Shown here piece by piece: positions 45,702 to 55,628 of a stretch of DNA of 64,000 nt. The stretch lies in NCBI RefSeq assembly GCF_036002505.1, contig NZ_DASYTH010000428.1:76002-140001 (forward strand). The letters run 5' to 3'. The notes beneath the pieces were generated by a model that saw only the letters and a list, made by a program, of their open reading frames with translations, did not search any database and was not told the origin of the DNA. The position numbers were made by a program, and so were the translations under genes. The DNA comes from Actinophytocola sp. (GTDB taxonomy: Bacteria > Actinomycetota > Actinomycetes > Mycobacteriales > Pseudonocardiaceae). Position 1 is the first letter of the stretch, and every line of letters begins with the position of its first letter.

Positions 45702-46310
45702 TCAAGAAACGGTGACGATCTTGCCGCCGGCGATGCCCTGACCGAGGGTGTCGCCGGCGGCGACGTCTCCGGCGAAGTGGTACACCGGGCGGCCGCCGAA
45801 GGTCACCTGGACGGTGTTGTCCGGCCGGGTGATCCGGCCGATCAGCTTCGCGTCGACGCCCTCGGCGGTGACGGTGCCGCTGGCCGGCACGAGCAGCGGC
45901 GGGAAGCGCTTGGCGCAGTCGTCGACGCACGTCGACCGGACCGGCTTCACGTTGTCGGCGTCGAGCCGGTAGAGCGTCCTTCCCTTGCCGTCGACCAGGA
46001 TCCGGCCGAGCTTCGGGTTGGTGGCAACGGTGAGCTTCACCGGTTCCACTGTGGACGCCGGGGTGGGTGCGGTGGTTTTCGTTGATGGTGGGGGAGTGGT
46101 GGACCTGGACGGCGTGGCCGGGTTGGCCGGTTGCGCGGCCGCCGGCTTCGGTGCGGCGGCGCCGATGGGTGGCGCCGTGGTGGTTTCCGGTGCGGTCGTG
46201 GTCGTGGTCGGGCTGGCGCCGACCTTGACTCTGGCCGCCGACACGGCTTCACCGTCCCCGCAGGCGGTGAGCACACCGATGCCCAGCGCGACGAACGCGC
46301 ACAATGTCAT
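45702..46310 (-). CDS. Lipoprotein with Thr/Pro-rich linker and two Yx(F/Y)xxD-type repeats
   Basis: Lipobox VLTACG; LGRILVDGKGRTLYRLDADN and VTFGGRPVYHFAGD repeats. Confidence 0.7.
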   Translation of the reverse strand: MTLCAFVALGIGVLTACGDGEAVSAARVKVGASPTTTTTAPETTTAPPIGAAAPKPAAAQPANPATPSRSTTPPPSTKTTAPTPASTVEPVKLTVATNPKLGRILVDGKGRTLYRLDADNVKPVRSTCVDDCAKRFPPLLVPASGTVTAEGVDAKLIGRITRPDNTVQVTFGGRPVYHFAGDVAAGDTLGQGIAGGKIVTVS

Positions 46311-46409
46311 CTTTCTTGGCTCGATGGCGTAGCGCCAGTGAACCGGGTTCCTTTGCATTGCCCCTCCTCGACTCCCGTGCCACAGACACGGAAACGAGCG
46401 GGCGGGGGT

Positions 46410-46835
46410 TCAACCGACGTTGTCCCGGAGTTTGCCGAGCAGCCGGGCGAGCTCGGCGGTTTCGCCGTCCGAGAGGCCGGCGCGCAGGCGTTGGTCGAAC
46501 GCGACGGCAGCGCCGCGCAGCTTGTGGAAGAGCTCCTCGCCGGCCTCGGTCAGCTCGACCAGGTGGACGCGCCGGTTGGCCGGGTCGCGGCGGCGGGTCA
46601 CCAGGCCGCCGGACTCCATGGCGTTGAGGTGGTGGGTCAGCGTTGCGCCCTGGATGCCGACCGCCGCGGCGAGCGCGCGCTGGGTGCCCAGCTCCCGGGT
46701 CTTGATCGAGATCAGGATCTGCCACACCGGCGCCGAGCCGCCGGCTGCGGCCAGCGCGTCGTCGAACGCCCGGCCGCAGGTCTTGGCGGTGCGGGCGAGA
46801 TCGAGGCCGATCGGCATCACTGCTGGTCGAGACAT
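46410..46835 (-). CDS. MarR-family regulator
   Basis: wHTH region LGTQRALAAAVGIQGATLTHHLNAMESGGLVTRRRDPANRRV. Confidence 0.85.
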   Translation of the reverse strand: MSRPAVMPIGLDLARTAKTCGRAFDDALAAAGGSAPVWQILISIKTRELGTQRALAAAVGIQGATLTHHLNAMESGGLVTRRRDPANRRVHLVELTEAGEELFHKLRGAAVAFDQRLRAGLSDGETAELARLLGKLRDNVG

Positions 46836-46919
46836 GATTCGAGAATAGCAGACGTCTAAGCATTTGACATCTAAACGTTCGATGCCTATCGTTTGAGGTA
46901 CAGCGAAGGAGGGATCGAG

Positions 46920-47720
46920 ATGACACAGCCGTTTGCCGGGAAGGTGGCCCTGATCGCCGGGGCCAGCAAGGGAATCGGGGCGGTCACCGCCGAGGCGTTC
47001 GCTCGCGCCGGGGCCGCGGTGGTGCTGGGCGCGCGGGACGAGCAGGCGCTCGGCCTGGTCGCCGAGGGGATCAACGGCCGCGGCGGGCGCGCGCTGGCCG
47101 TGCGCACCGACGTCAGCGACGCGGCGTCGATGGAGCGGTTCGTCGGCGCGGCCGTCGAGGAGTTCGGGCGGTTGGACTTCGCGTTCAACAATGCCACCGA
47201 CGGGCCGCGGCCGGCGCCACTGCACGAGATCGACCCGGCGGAGTTCGACCGGGGCATCCAGGTCAACGTCCGCGGCACGTTCCTGGGGATGAAATACCAG
47301 GTCGCGGCCATGCTCCGGACCGGCGGCGGGTCGATCGTGAACATGGCGTCGTTCGCCGGCATCCAGGGCTTTCCCGGGCTCGGCGCCTATGTGGCCGGGA
47401 AGGCCGGGATCATCGGGCTGACCAAGGTCGCCGCGCTGGACTACGCGGACCAGGGGATCCGGGTCAACGTGGTGGCGCCGGGCCCGATCCAGACCCATCA
47501 CATCGACGCGGCGGGAGCGGAGGCGGTCCGGCAGGCGGGGCTCTCCACGCCGATGCGCCGGATCGGGCAGGCCCACGAGGTTGCGGACGCGGTCCTGTGG
47601 CTGTGCTCCGAGCAGTCGTCGTTCATCACCGGCGTGACGCTGCCCATCGACGGCGGGCAGGCCGCCGGGCTCAAGCCGCCCCGGACCTACAACCCGGGCA
47701 AGGGAATGGAGGAGTCATGA
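46920..47720 (+). CDS. Short-chain dehydrogenase/reductase
   Basis: GASKGIG, NNAT, YVAGK motifs; AAGGAGG RBS. Confidence 0.9.
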   Translation: MTQPFAGKVALIAGASKGIGAVTAEAFARAGAAVVLGARDEQALGLVAEGINGRGGRALAVRTDVSDAASMERFVGAAVEEFGRLDFAFNNATDGPRPAPLHEIDPAEFDRGIQVNVRGTFLGMKYQVAAMLRTGGGSIVNMASFAGIQGFPGLGAYVAGKAGIIGLTKVAALDYADQGIRVNVVAPGPIQTHHIDAAGAEAVRQAGLSTPMRRIGQAHEVADAVLWLCSEQSSFITGVTLPIDGGQAAGLKPPRTYNPGKGMEES

Positions 47721-48115
47721 GCACCATCGAGCAGATTCGTGAGCTGGGCCGGCGCTGGGCCGAGGCGGAGCAGCGCGGCGACGCGGACACGCTCGACGCG
47801 CTGGCCGCCGAGGACTTCACGCTGGTCGGCCCGGTCGGGTTCGTGCTGAACCGGCAGCAGTGGCTGGACCGGTACCGGACCAGCCGGGACCTGAGGCTGG
47901 AGTCGCTGGACTGGGACGAGGTCGAGGTGCGCGACTACGGGAGCACCGCGGTCGCCGTCGGCGTGCACAGCCAGCGCGGCGAGTTCCAGGGCAACAGGGT
48001 CGACGGCAAGTTCCGCGCCACGCATATCGCGGTGCGCCGCGGCGACGAGTGGCTGCTGGCCGGCATGCACCTGAGCCCCATCGGCGGTCCGCCCCCCTTC
48101 GCGCCCCGCCAGTAG
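47717..48115 (+). CDS. SnoaL/DUF4440 (NTF2-like) protein
   Basis: ATGA overlap with the SDR gene; RRWAEAEQRGDADTLDALAAEDFTLVGP pattern. Confidence 0.7.
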   Translation: MSTIEQIRELGRRWAEAEQRGDADTLDALAAEDFTLVGPVGFVLNRQQWLDRYRTSRDLRLESLDWDEVEVRDYGSTAVAVGVHSQRGEFQGNRVDGKFRATHIAVRRGDEWLLAGMHLSPIGGPPPFAPRQ

Positions 48116-48123
48116 GGGATCCG

Positions 48124-48217
48124 GCGAGTCCCCGGTTCCAGCACGCGAGTCCCCGTTTCGAGCACGCGAGTCCTCGGTTCTGAACTGGGAACTCGGGTGC
48201 CTGAACCGGGGACTCGC
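48124..48217. repeat. 21-nt tandem repeat x3 followed by an inverted copy
   Basis: GCGAGTCCCCGGTTCCAGCAC units at 48124, 48145 and 48166; inverted ctgaaccggggactcgc at 48201-17. Confidence 0.85.
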
Positions 48218-48223
48218 GGGTTG

Positions 48224-48757
48224 CTAGCCGATGGTCAGTGTGGCGACACCGAACAGGCTGGTGACGCCGGGTGGTGTGAGGCATCCGAGCAGGTTGGGAT
48301 TCGGAAACGTGATGACCTCGAGGGCGGTACGCCCGGCGAACAGGCCTTGGGTGATGGCTCCGGCCAGCGTGACCACGGAGTTGCCGCCGGGCCGGGAGAT
48401 CGAGCGGTTGAAGCTGAACACGCTGGTCTCACCGGTGTTCCAGGTGAAGGTCTTGGTTGCGCTGCCAGGCTGAAGGATCTCGAGGCAGCCGGCCTCCGTT
48501 TCGATCGTGACGGCGGAATGCCCGGAGGTGACGTCCGGATTGCTGGCCGAGGTGCACGGCGTGTCGATCTCGTTGGTGGTCACGGTTTGTGGGCTCGATG
48601 TCAGTGTCAGGCCGGGGGAGTAGTTGGCCGTGACGGTGCCGAGGCACGTCAGGTCTCCAGGGTCGGCCTGGGCGTTGCCGGGACCGAAGGAGATGCTCAC
48701 GGCCGCGGTCGCCACGGCGATGAGCATCCGGGATAAGCGAATCACGACTTCCTCCAA
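48224..48757 (-). CDS. Secreted hypothetical protein
   Basis: Signal peptide ..ISFGPGNAQA; Thr/Ser-rich beta-type sequence; visibly lower G+C. Confidence 0.5.
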   Translation of the reverse strand: MEEVVIRLSRMLIAVATAAVSISFGPGNAQADPGDLTCLGTVTANYSPGLTLTSSPQTVTTNEIDTPCTSASNPDVTSGHSAVTIETEAGCLEILQPGSATKTFTWNTGETSVFSFNRSISRPGGNSVVTLAGAITQGLFAGRTALEVITFPNPNLLGCLTPPGVTSLFGVATLTIG

Positions 48758-48794
48758 GAGGAGCGGGCGAATGACCGGCCCAGTCTGTGTCGGA

Positions 48795-48828
48795 GCGGAC
48801 TCGGATGGAATCCGCCATCCGAGTCCGC
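48795..48828 (-). terminator. Perfect 14-bp stem hairpin after the GH27 gene
   Basis: gcggactcggatgg-aatccg-ccatccgagtccgc. Confidence 0.5.
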
Positions 48829-48881
48829 GTGCGGTCGTGATTCGTACGGAACGTCATTGCCGGCGCGCGAGGGAAATCACG

Positions 48882-50546
48882 TTACGTGCAGGTCACTTGG
48901 GCGTTTGACCAATCCGCGTGATCCGAGTTGATCCCATCGCCGCCGTCGATGGCTGCGAGCAGTAACGTGGTGCCTCCGCTGACGTCGGCGGTCAGATGTT
49001 TTGCGCCCTGGCTACCGGTGACGATGCCACTGTCGGCAACTTTCGTTCCGTCGCGCCAGATCTGGAATACCACGCGGCCGTTGGTTCCGGTTTCGTCGTC
49101 CACGCCCACGTCCGCGGCGACGCTCGAGCAACGTCCGCCGAGGAAGTACGTGATGCTGCTCTGCGCGTGCGCGCCGAGGCCCTTGCTGAACGTGGTGCCG
49201 CCGACGGTGAGGGTGCGGCCGTCGCCGGCGGTCTGGGTGTTGACGCTGCGGTCCTTCTCCACCGGGCCCCAGCCGTTCGTGACGGACGTCCAGGTGAGGT
49301 CGGAGAGTTGGCGGGTGCCGGCGGCCGGGGCCGTGGCGCCGGTGCGGGTGACGCGGTAGACGACGGTGCCGTGGGACGGGACCGAGGCGCTGATAGCACC
49401 GGAGGTGGTGCGGGATGCCTTGCTCCACAGGTCCTTCAGCGTGTACGAGGAGCCGCCGGGCATGCCGATGGCGGAGGCCGTGGTGGAGACCGTGGTGGTG
49501 GCGGCGGTTTCGTTGAGCAGGGCGACCGCCATGTCTCCATTGGACAGTGGCTTGCGGTAGACCACAAGGCCGTTGCTGGACGACACGATGACCGCCTGCT
49601 GGCCGAGCGGGTCCTGGTCGAGCGCGATGACGTCGGTGTTCTTCAGGATGTCGAGGTTCGCCTGCGAGAGGGTGGGGACGTTGCTGCCCATCAGCAGGGG
49701 CGCGGACATCATGGCCCACAGGCTGAAGTGGGTGCGGTACTCGGTGGCGGTCATGCCGCCGTTGCCGACCTCGAGCATGTCCGGGTCGTTCCAGTGGCCG
49801 GGGCCGGCGTACTTCGCGAGATCGTCGTTGGTGTGCAGTTTGCCGATCATGCTGGACCAGTTGTCGGAGATGTCACCCGTGGTGCGCCACAGGTTTCCGA
49901 CCGGCGCGCCCCAGGTCCAGACCTTCGGCGTGGTGCTGCCCCACTCGGTGATCGAGTACACGACCGGCCGGCCGGTGGCGGCGAGCGCGTCGTGCATGGC
50001 GCCGTACCGCTGCTGGGCGTCCACGCCCTGGTTGTTGCAGTTGTCGTACTTGAGATAGTCCACGCCCCAGGAGGCGAACAGGTTGGCGTCCTGCTGCTCG
50101 TGGCCGAGGCCGCCGGGGAAACCCAGGGAGTTGCACGTCTTCGTGCCCGCGCTGGTGTAGATGCCGAACTTGAGGCCACGGGCATGGACGTAGTCGGCGA
50201 GGGACTTGATGCCGCTGGGGAAGCGGGTGCGGTTGGGCACCAGGTTGCCGCTGGCGTCCCGGGCAGTCTCGGCCCAGCAGTCGTCGATGTTGAGGTACTG
50301 GTAGCCGACGTCGCGCAGGCCCAGCGAGACGAACGCGTCGGCCACACGTTTGATCGTGGTCTCGTTGAAGATCGCGTCGCAGTGCGTGAAGTTCCAGTTG
50401 TTGAAGCCCATCGGCGGGGTGCGGGCCAGGCCGTTCTCCCACGCCCACGCGGGTTGCGGGTTCGCCGCGGGGACGGTGAGCGCGACGATGCCGCCCGCCG
50501 CGACGGTGGCCGCGGCGGTCAGCACGGCGGAAAGCGTTCTGCGCAT
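48882..50546 (-). CDS. GH27 alpha-galactosidase with C-terminal NPCBM-like module
   Basis: PPMGFNNWN, YLNIDDCW, DYLKYDNC motifs; C-terminus LSDLTWTSVTNGWGPVEKDRS.. Confidence 0.9.
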   Translation of the reverse strand: MRRTLSAVLTAAATVAAGGIVALTVPAANPQPAWAWENGLARTPPMGFNNWNFTHCDAIFNETTIKRVADAFVSLGLRDVGYQYLNIDDCWAETARDASGNLVPNRTRFPSGIKSLADYVHARGLKFGIYTSAGTKTCNSLGFPGGLGHEQQDANLFASWGVDYLKYDNCNNQGVDAQQRYGAMHDALAATGRPVVYSITEWGSTTPKVWTWGAPVGNLWRTTGDISDNWSSMIGKLHTNDDLAKYAGPGHWNDPDMLEVGNGGMTATEYRTHFSLWAMMSAPLLMGSNVPTLSQANLDILKNTDVIALDQDPLGQQAVIVSSSNGLVVYRKPLSNGDMAVALLNETAATTTVSTTASAIGMPGGSSYTLKDLWSKASRTTSGAISASVPSHGTVVYRVTRTGATAPAAGTRQLSDLTWTSVTNGWGPVEKDRSVNTQTAGDGRTLTVGGTTFSKGLGAHAQSSITYFLGGRCSSVAADVGVDDETGTNGRVVFQIWRDGTKVADSGIVTGSQGAKHLTADVSGGTTLLLAAIDGGDGINSDHADWSNAQVTCT

Positions 50547-50557
50547 GGGGTTCTCCC

Positions 50558-51340
50558 TTACACCAGCTGGTAGGCGCGCATGGCGCGGGTCAGCATGAAG
50601 CAGTCCTGCAGTGATCCCGAGCTGTCGCCGAGCGAGCGGTAGATGCCCCACTTGGGTCGCACCCGGTCACCGAGGAACGTGTCCACTCCGGACTTCCTGG
50701 TGTCGATCACCGTGGTGGCGCCGTCGTGCACGGCCCAGCGCACGTACCCGCCGGTGCCGTCGGCGATCGTGAACTCGAGCAGCGTGTCGATCCACTTGTT
50801 CTGCAGCGGCGCGAGGTTCACCCGGCCGACCAGGGTGTTGGACTCGAACACCTTCACCTCGATGGTCGGCGTGCTCCCGTTGCGCCGCAGCGACATCACC
50901 ACGATCGGGCTGCTGCCGTCGCCGGGCATCTTGAGCTGCATGATGTGCGTGAACGTGGTGGTCGCCTTGAGCGCAGGCGGAATGAACAGCTGGTGGGTGA
51001 GCCGCCAGGCCTGGCCGCTGAGCAGGTTGAGCTGGCTGCCGCCCGAGCGCATGCCCTTGGCCTCCTGGCGCTGCCGGTCGGTCGAGGTGTCCCGGTCCAC
51101 CATGTGCATGTTCCACCGGAAGTTGTTGTCCTGCACGAAGATGTGCGGCTGCCCGGCGGGGTGCGAGTCGGCCCGGTCGTCCTCGACGCCCTCGAACGCG
51201 CCGAGCCCGTCCCGGCTCGCCTCCGGCGACCACTTCAGCTGCCAGGTCGCCGCGGACGCCGGGGTGGGGACGGCCAACCCGCCCAGGGCCAGCGCTCCGC
51301 CCAGGGCGACGGCGTGACGACGGTTGATCGGGTGAGCCAT
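50558..51340 (-). CDS. Tat-exported polysaccharide-lyase-like (concanavalin fold) protein
   Basis: Tat-like RRHAVALGGALALG; C-terminal RPKWGIYRS motif resembles the PF14099-type lyase family. Confidence 0.55.
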   Translation of the reverse strand: MAHPINRRHAVALGGALALGGLAVPTPASAATWQLKWSPEASRDGLGAFEGVEDDRADSHPAGQPHIFVQDNNFRWNMHMVDRDTSTDRQRQEAKGMRSGGSQLNLLSGQAWRLTHQLFIPPALKATTTFTHIMQLKMPGDGSSPIVVMSLRRNGSTPTIEVKVFESNTLVGRVNLAPLQNKWIDTLLEFTIADGTGGYVRWAVHDGATTVIDTRKSGVDTFLGDRVRPKWGIYRSLGDSSGSLQDCFMLTRAMRAYQLV

Positions 51341-51367
51341 GGGATCTCCTCCTCGGGGTCGGGAACT

Positions 51368-51420
51368 GCGATGAATGCCTCATTCAGTGCGCTCATCGCA
51401 GTGAATGAGGCATTCATCGC
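51368..51420. repeat. GCGATGA...TCATCGC hairpin-family element
   Basis: gcgatgaatgcctcattcagtgcg-ctcat-cgcagtgaatgaggcattcatcgc; contains the GH28 stop (51414-16). Confidence 0.85.
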
Positions 51421-53300
51421 ACTTCCACGTAGTCCAGGTTCGGGCCGCCGGTGTCCACTGTGGAGGCCGCCCGGATCGTGTTGGCGCCCGCGCTCAGCGC
51501 GGCCGTGATCGACTGGGTCTGCCAGGTCGTCCATGCGCCGGTCGGGTTGAACGCCAGGTCGTCGGCCACCAGCGTGCCATTGACGAAGATGTCCATCGGC
51601 CGGTTCGCCGTGGTGCCGTTGGCGAAGCCGAACCGCAGCGTCGCGTTTCCTGCGGCGTCGCGGTTCACCGTCCACTCCTGGGCGCTGCCCACCGCGTTGG
51701 TGAGGTTGCAGAACCCGGTGCCGGAGAACCCGGCGTGGTTCGAGTCGATCGTGCCCTGGCAGCTGCCGTCCTCGGCTTCGACGCGGTTCGACGGCGTCGG
51801 CGGCGGGCAGTTCTGCGTCGAGTCGGACGCGGTGACCCGCAGCGCTCCGCCCGCGGTGTTGGTGCTGTTCTGCACGCAGTACCCGGAGACGGTCTGGAAC
51901 CGGAAGTCCTGCGAACCGGCGCTGCGCTCGGCCCGGAACCGGTCGAAGACCACCGACGAGTCCGCGTTTGCCGTGACCGCCGCGCGGGTGTCGCCGGAGA
52001 CGAACTCCACGGAGCTGTCCACGAACCGGATCCCGTTGGCGTTGTGGAGGTACCAGCCATAGGCCGGGCGGGTGCCGATGCTGTTCGGGTTGTAGTTGTT
52101 GGGGTCGTTGCTCGGCACCGAGGTCGACGTGGACGTGAAGCCGCCGGGCACGGAGATGTCGACGTTGGTGAACGTCACGTTGGTGATCTTGTTGTTGGTG
52201 CCGGACTCGCCCCAGAGCGTGGCGGTGAAGTTGTCGCTGCTCTGCCCGGTCGAGGTGATGTCGTCGTAGGTGATGTTGGTGATCCGGCCGACTCCGGGAC
52301 TGTTGCCGCAACGCCGCCGGGTGCCGATCTTCTGCATGATCGCCGAGCGGACGTTGGACATCGTGATGTCCCGGTAGTGCACGTCGGAGATCACGGCGCC
52401 GTCCATCGACACCAGGCCGAGGCCGGACTTGTCGGCGCCCGTGATGGTGATCCGCTGGAAGTTGTAGCCGGTGAAGTCGCCGCAGGTCTCCGAGCCGAAC
52501 ATGAGCGCGTTGCAGCACCGGGCGGACAGCCGGCTGTCGGTGACGGTCGCCGGGCCGTTGGGCAGCTTCGCGCCGAGCGCGTAGTCGCTCTTGAAGGCCA
52601 GCGCGTCGTCGTTGGCCGCGATGGTGGCGTTGGTGACGGTCACGTTGGTGGTGCTGATGATGTTCCAGCCGTCCCGGTCGCTGGCCGTGTCGATGGTCAG
52701 CCGGTCGGACACCACGTTGTCGCAGCCGTTGATGAGCATGGCGAAGTGCCCGCCGCGGCGCAGGGTCAGCCCGTCGCCCACCCGCAGGTTGGTGCACCGG
52801 GTCAACGAGATGATCTTGTCCGCCTCGCCGTCGCCGGGGTTGCCGGTGATCAGGTTGCCGCCGCCGTCGATCACGCCCGGGCCGGTGAAGCCGATGTCGG
52901 TGAGCCGGTCACCGAAGATCATCGCGTCGTGGAAGTGGCTGTGCCCGAAGTCCTGGAAGTCGTCGTTCGGGTTGTCCTCGGCGGCGTCGTAGTCGTCGTT
53001 GCTCGCGCCGCGGACGGTCGCGCCGGAGTTGAGCTGCAGGGTCACGTGGCTCTTCATGTGGATGGTGTTGCGGGACTGGTAGGTCCCGGACGGGAACACC
53101 ACGATCCCGCCGCCCGAGGCCGCGGTCGCCGCGTCGATCGCCCGCTGGATGGCCGGCGTGTCGTTGGTCGATCCGTTGCCCACGGCGCCGAAGTCCCGCA
53201 CGTTGAACGTGGCGGCGCCGGCCGTGCCGGGCGCGACGACGAAAACCCCGGCCACCATGCCCAGTATCGAGGCAGCATTGATCCATCGTTTACCGCGCAT
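51414..53300 (-). CDS. GH28/pectate-lyase-fold beta-helix hydrolase + C-terminal CBM35
   Basis: FNVRDFGAVGNGSTNDTPAIQRAID, beta-helix repeats, CBM35 tail EAEDGSCQGTIDSNHAGFSGTGF.. Confidence 0.8.
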   Translation of the reverse strand: MRGKRWINAASILGMVAGVFVVAPGTAGAATFNVRDFGAVGNGSTNDTPAIQRAIDAATAASGGGIVVFPSGTYQSRNTIHMKSHVTLQLNSGATVRGASNDDYDAAEDNPNDDFQDFGHSHFHDAMIFGDRLTDIGFTGPGVIDGGGNLITGNPGDGEADKIISLTRCTNLRVGDGLTLRRGGHFAMLINGCDNVVSDRLTIDTASDRDGWNIISTTNVTVTNATIAANDDALAFKSDYALGAKLPNGPATVTDSRLSARCCNALMFGSETCGDFTGYNFQRITITGADKSGLGLVSMDGAVISDVHYRDITMSNVRSAIMQKIGTRRRCGNSPGVGRITNITYDDITSTGQSSDNFTATLWGESGTNNKITNVTFTNVDISVPGGFTSTSTSVPSNDPNNYNPNSIGTRPAYGWYLHNANGIRFVDSSVEFVSGDTRAAVTANADSSVVFDRFRAERSAGSQDFRFQTVSGYCVQNSTNTAGGALRVTASDSTQNCPPPTPSNRVEAEDGSCQGTIDSNHAGFSGTGFCNLTNAVGSAQEWTVNRDAAGNATLRFGFANGTTANRPMDIFVNGTLVADDLAFNPTGAWTTWQTQSITAALSAGANTIRAASTVDTGGPNLDYVEVR

Positions 53301-53312
53301 TGCCTGATCTCC

Positions 53313-55499
53313 CTAGCCGATGGTGAGGTTGTCGAGGTTGGGGCCGCCGTTCGCGGTGGTCGCCGTGGCGCGAACGGTGTTGCTGCCCGCCTTGAGCGGC
53401 ACCGTGATCGTGGTGGTGGTCCAGCTCGTCCAGTCCACTGTGGAGCCGAAGTTGAGCCCGCCGGACACCAGGACGCCGTTGACCGTGATGTCCATGGGCC
53501 GGTTCGCGGTGGTGCCGTTGGCGAACCGGAAGGTGGCCGGAACGTCCCCGGCGGTGTCGGCCGGCACGGTCCACTCCACGGCCGCGCCCACCGCGTTGTC
53601 CGTGTTGCAGAACCCGGAGCCGGTGAAGCCGGCGTGGTTGGCGTCGATGGTGCCCTGGCAGACCGCGTCCTCGGCCTCGAACGTGCTGCCGGGTGGTGGT
53701 GGCGGTCCGCCGGTGGCGTAGTCCGAGCCGATCCACGCCTCGTCCACCCGCAGCCGCTTGAACCGGGTCGTGTCGGAGGACGTCGCGTGCGTGTTCACCA
53801 CCTCGAGCCGGACGTGCCGGGTGTTCTGCACCGGGATGTCGATCATCGCTACGCCGCGCCGGCTGGGCAGGGTGCCGGTGGCGACCGGGTTGCCCCAGTT
53901 GGTGCCGTCGCTGCTGACGAGCACGCGGTAGTCCCGGATCCGGGCGGACTGTTCGGTGTCCGACCGGGCGTAGGCCACCGAGTCCTCGCGCTGGTTGATC
54001 CCGATGTACTGCACGCGTTTGGTGGAGCCGAGGTCGAAGCGCAGCGACACCGGCGTGGTCTTGTTGCTGTCCCAGTAGGTGAGGTAGTTGCCGTCGGCCA
54101 CGGCCGAGGCACCGTGCCCGCCGGCCGAGGCGCTCGCGCTCATCGTGTAGGTGGACGGTGGGATGATGCCGGCGCGGCCGTTCGTGGTCACCCGGAACAC
54201 CGTGTCGAACTGGTCCCAGCCGGAGATCCCGGTCAGAGTCAGGTTTCCGCCGCCCTGGCTGAAGGTGACCGGCGCGCCGGTGCGGAAGTTGGTCACCCCG
54301 GTCACCCGGTACCCGTTGTCCCGCAACCGAAGCGTGGTCGTGGACGGCCGGGTGACCACGTGGATGAAGTGCAGGTCCGGGTTGGTCTTGGAGATCGTGG
54401 TCACGCCGTGCGCGCCGTCGTTCCAGAAGCCGGGCTTGAGGCCGCCGAACAGGTACCCGCCGCCCTCGGTTCCGCTGATCGAGCCGAAGATCTGGTTGAG
54501 GTAGGTGTCGGCGAAGTTGTTGAAGGACTCCTGGTTGCTCGGGAACCGGCCGTTCACCTGCGCGGTCTCGGCCATCAGCGACTTGATCGAGGAGCCGGCG
54601 TTGGTGATGTACCGGCCGAGGGTGAGGCGCTGGTCCACGCTCGGGTTGGAGCCGTCGAACCACCAGGCTCCGGTGCTCGGCAGCTTGTAGTCGGCCTCGA
54701 TCAGCCGCGGCCCGGCGGTGAAGGTGGCCTGCGGGTAGTCGTAGGACGGCGACATGCCGGTCTTCTGCTCGTTGCTGATCATGTCCATGATCGCGGTGTC
54801 TTCGTTGTTGTTGCTGATCGTGTAGTTCGGCCGGCGCTGGTAGATCTGCGCGTAGAGGTCGTGCGACTCCCAGTAGGCGTTGTCGTTGTCGATCCAGAAC
54901 CCGCCGAGGTCCGGATAGCGGTTCATCACCTCGAAGAAGTTGTCGTAGCTGAACTCGCCGAAACCGTCCCGTGTGGTCAGATCGACCGAGTGGCCCTTGA
55001 AGCTGGAGTACGCCGAGGAGTTGAGCCAGTCGCCGGAGGAGAGCCCCTCGTTGTGCCACTGTGGATCGTCGGTCATGTAGAGGATGGTCTTCATGCCGGC
55101 GGCGTTGGTGGCGTCGATCAGGTCGCGCACGAAGTCATGGTTCGTCTTGCAGCTGCCCGGAATCGCCGACGGCCACGGCCGGGCGTAGCCGAGTCTACTG
55201 TGGAACGTCGCGAGCACGACGTACTGCACGTGCAGCTTTCTGGCTTCGGTGACCCAGTAGTTCGCGGTCCACCCGCCGCTGCGGACGTCGTTCTCCCAGG
55301 CGCTGCAACTGGTGTGCTGCGGCGAGGTGCGCTCGCCCCAGTGGATGAACAGCCCGCCGACCGAGCTCCGCAGGAAGTCCTGGCGGGGGTTCTGCAGGTC
55401 CGCCTGCGCTCCCGGGGGACTGAGCACGGTGAGCGAGCCGGCGACGATGAGAACCGCGGTGAGGGCCACCCGGATCCGGGTACGGAGGCTGCGTCTCAT
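53313..55499 (-). CDS. GH29-like alpha-L-fucosidase + F5/8-type C domain + CBM35
   Basis: GLFIHWG.., discoidin-like ADGNYLTYWDS.., CBM35 tail FEAEDAVCQGTIDANHAGFTGSGF.. Confidence 0.75.
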   Translation of the reverse strand: MRRSLRTRIRVALTAVLIVAGSLTVLSPPGAQADLQNPRQDFLRSSVGGLFIHWGERTSPQHTSCSAWENDVRSGGWTANYWVTEARKLHVQYVVLATFHSRLGYARPWPSAIPGSCKTNHDFVRDLIDATNAAGMKTILYMTDDPQWHNEGLSSGDWLNSSAYSSFKGHSVDLTTRDGFGEFSYDNFFEVMNRYPDLGGFWIDNDNAYWESHDLYAQIYQRRPNYTISNNNEDTAIMDMISNEQKTGMSPSYDYPQATFTAGPRLIEADYKLPSTGAWWFDGSNPSVDQRLTLGRYITNAGSSIKSLMAETAQVNGRFPSNQESFNNFADTYLNQIFGSISGTEGGGYLFGGLKPGFWNDGAHGVTTISKTNPDLHFIHVVTRPSTTTLRLRDNGYRVTGVTNFRTGAPVTFSQGGGNLTLTGISGWDQFDTVFRVTTNGRAGIIPPSTYTMSASASAGGHGASAVADGNYLTYWDSNKTTPVSLRFDLGSTKRVQYIGINQREDSVAYARSDTEQSARIRDYRVLVSSDGTNWGNPVATGTLPSRRGVAMIDIPVQNTRHVRLEVVNTHATSSDTTRFKRLRVDEAWIGSDYATGGPPPPPGSTFEAEDAVCQGTIDANHAGFTGSGFCNTDNAVGAAVEWTVPADTAGDVPATFRFANGTTANRPMDITVNGVLVSGGLNFGSTVDWTSWTTTTITVPLKAGSNTVRATATTANGGPNLDNLTIG

Positions 55500-55577
55500 G
55501 ATCCTCCTCCTCGAGGACAGAGATCGGATCTATCACGGTGTGACGCTCGTACCTTACGCGGCGTTGCTGCTACTACG

Positions 55578-55593
55578 AAAGGTCTAGTCCTAT
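55578..55593. promoter_or_regulatory. Weak dre-like box upstream of the GH29 gene
   Basis: AAAGGTCTAGTCCTAT, 10/16 to the dre consensus. Confidence 0.3.
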
Positions 55594-55628
55594 ATTCATG
55601 GGATCTTTCCCGCTCATCGAAACGGAAG

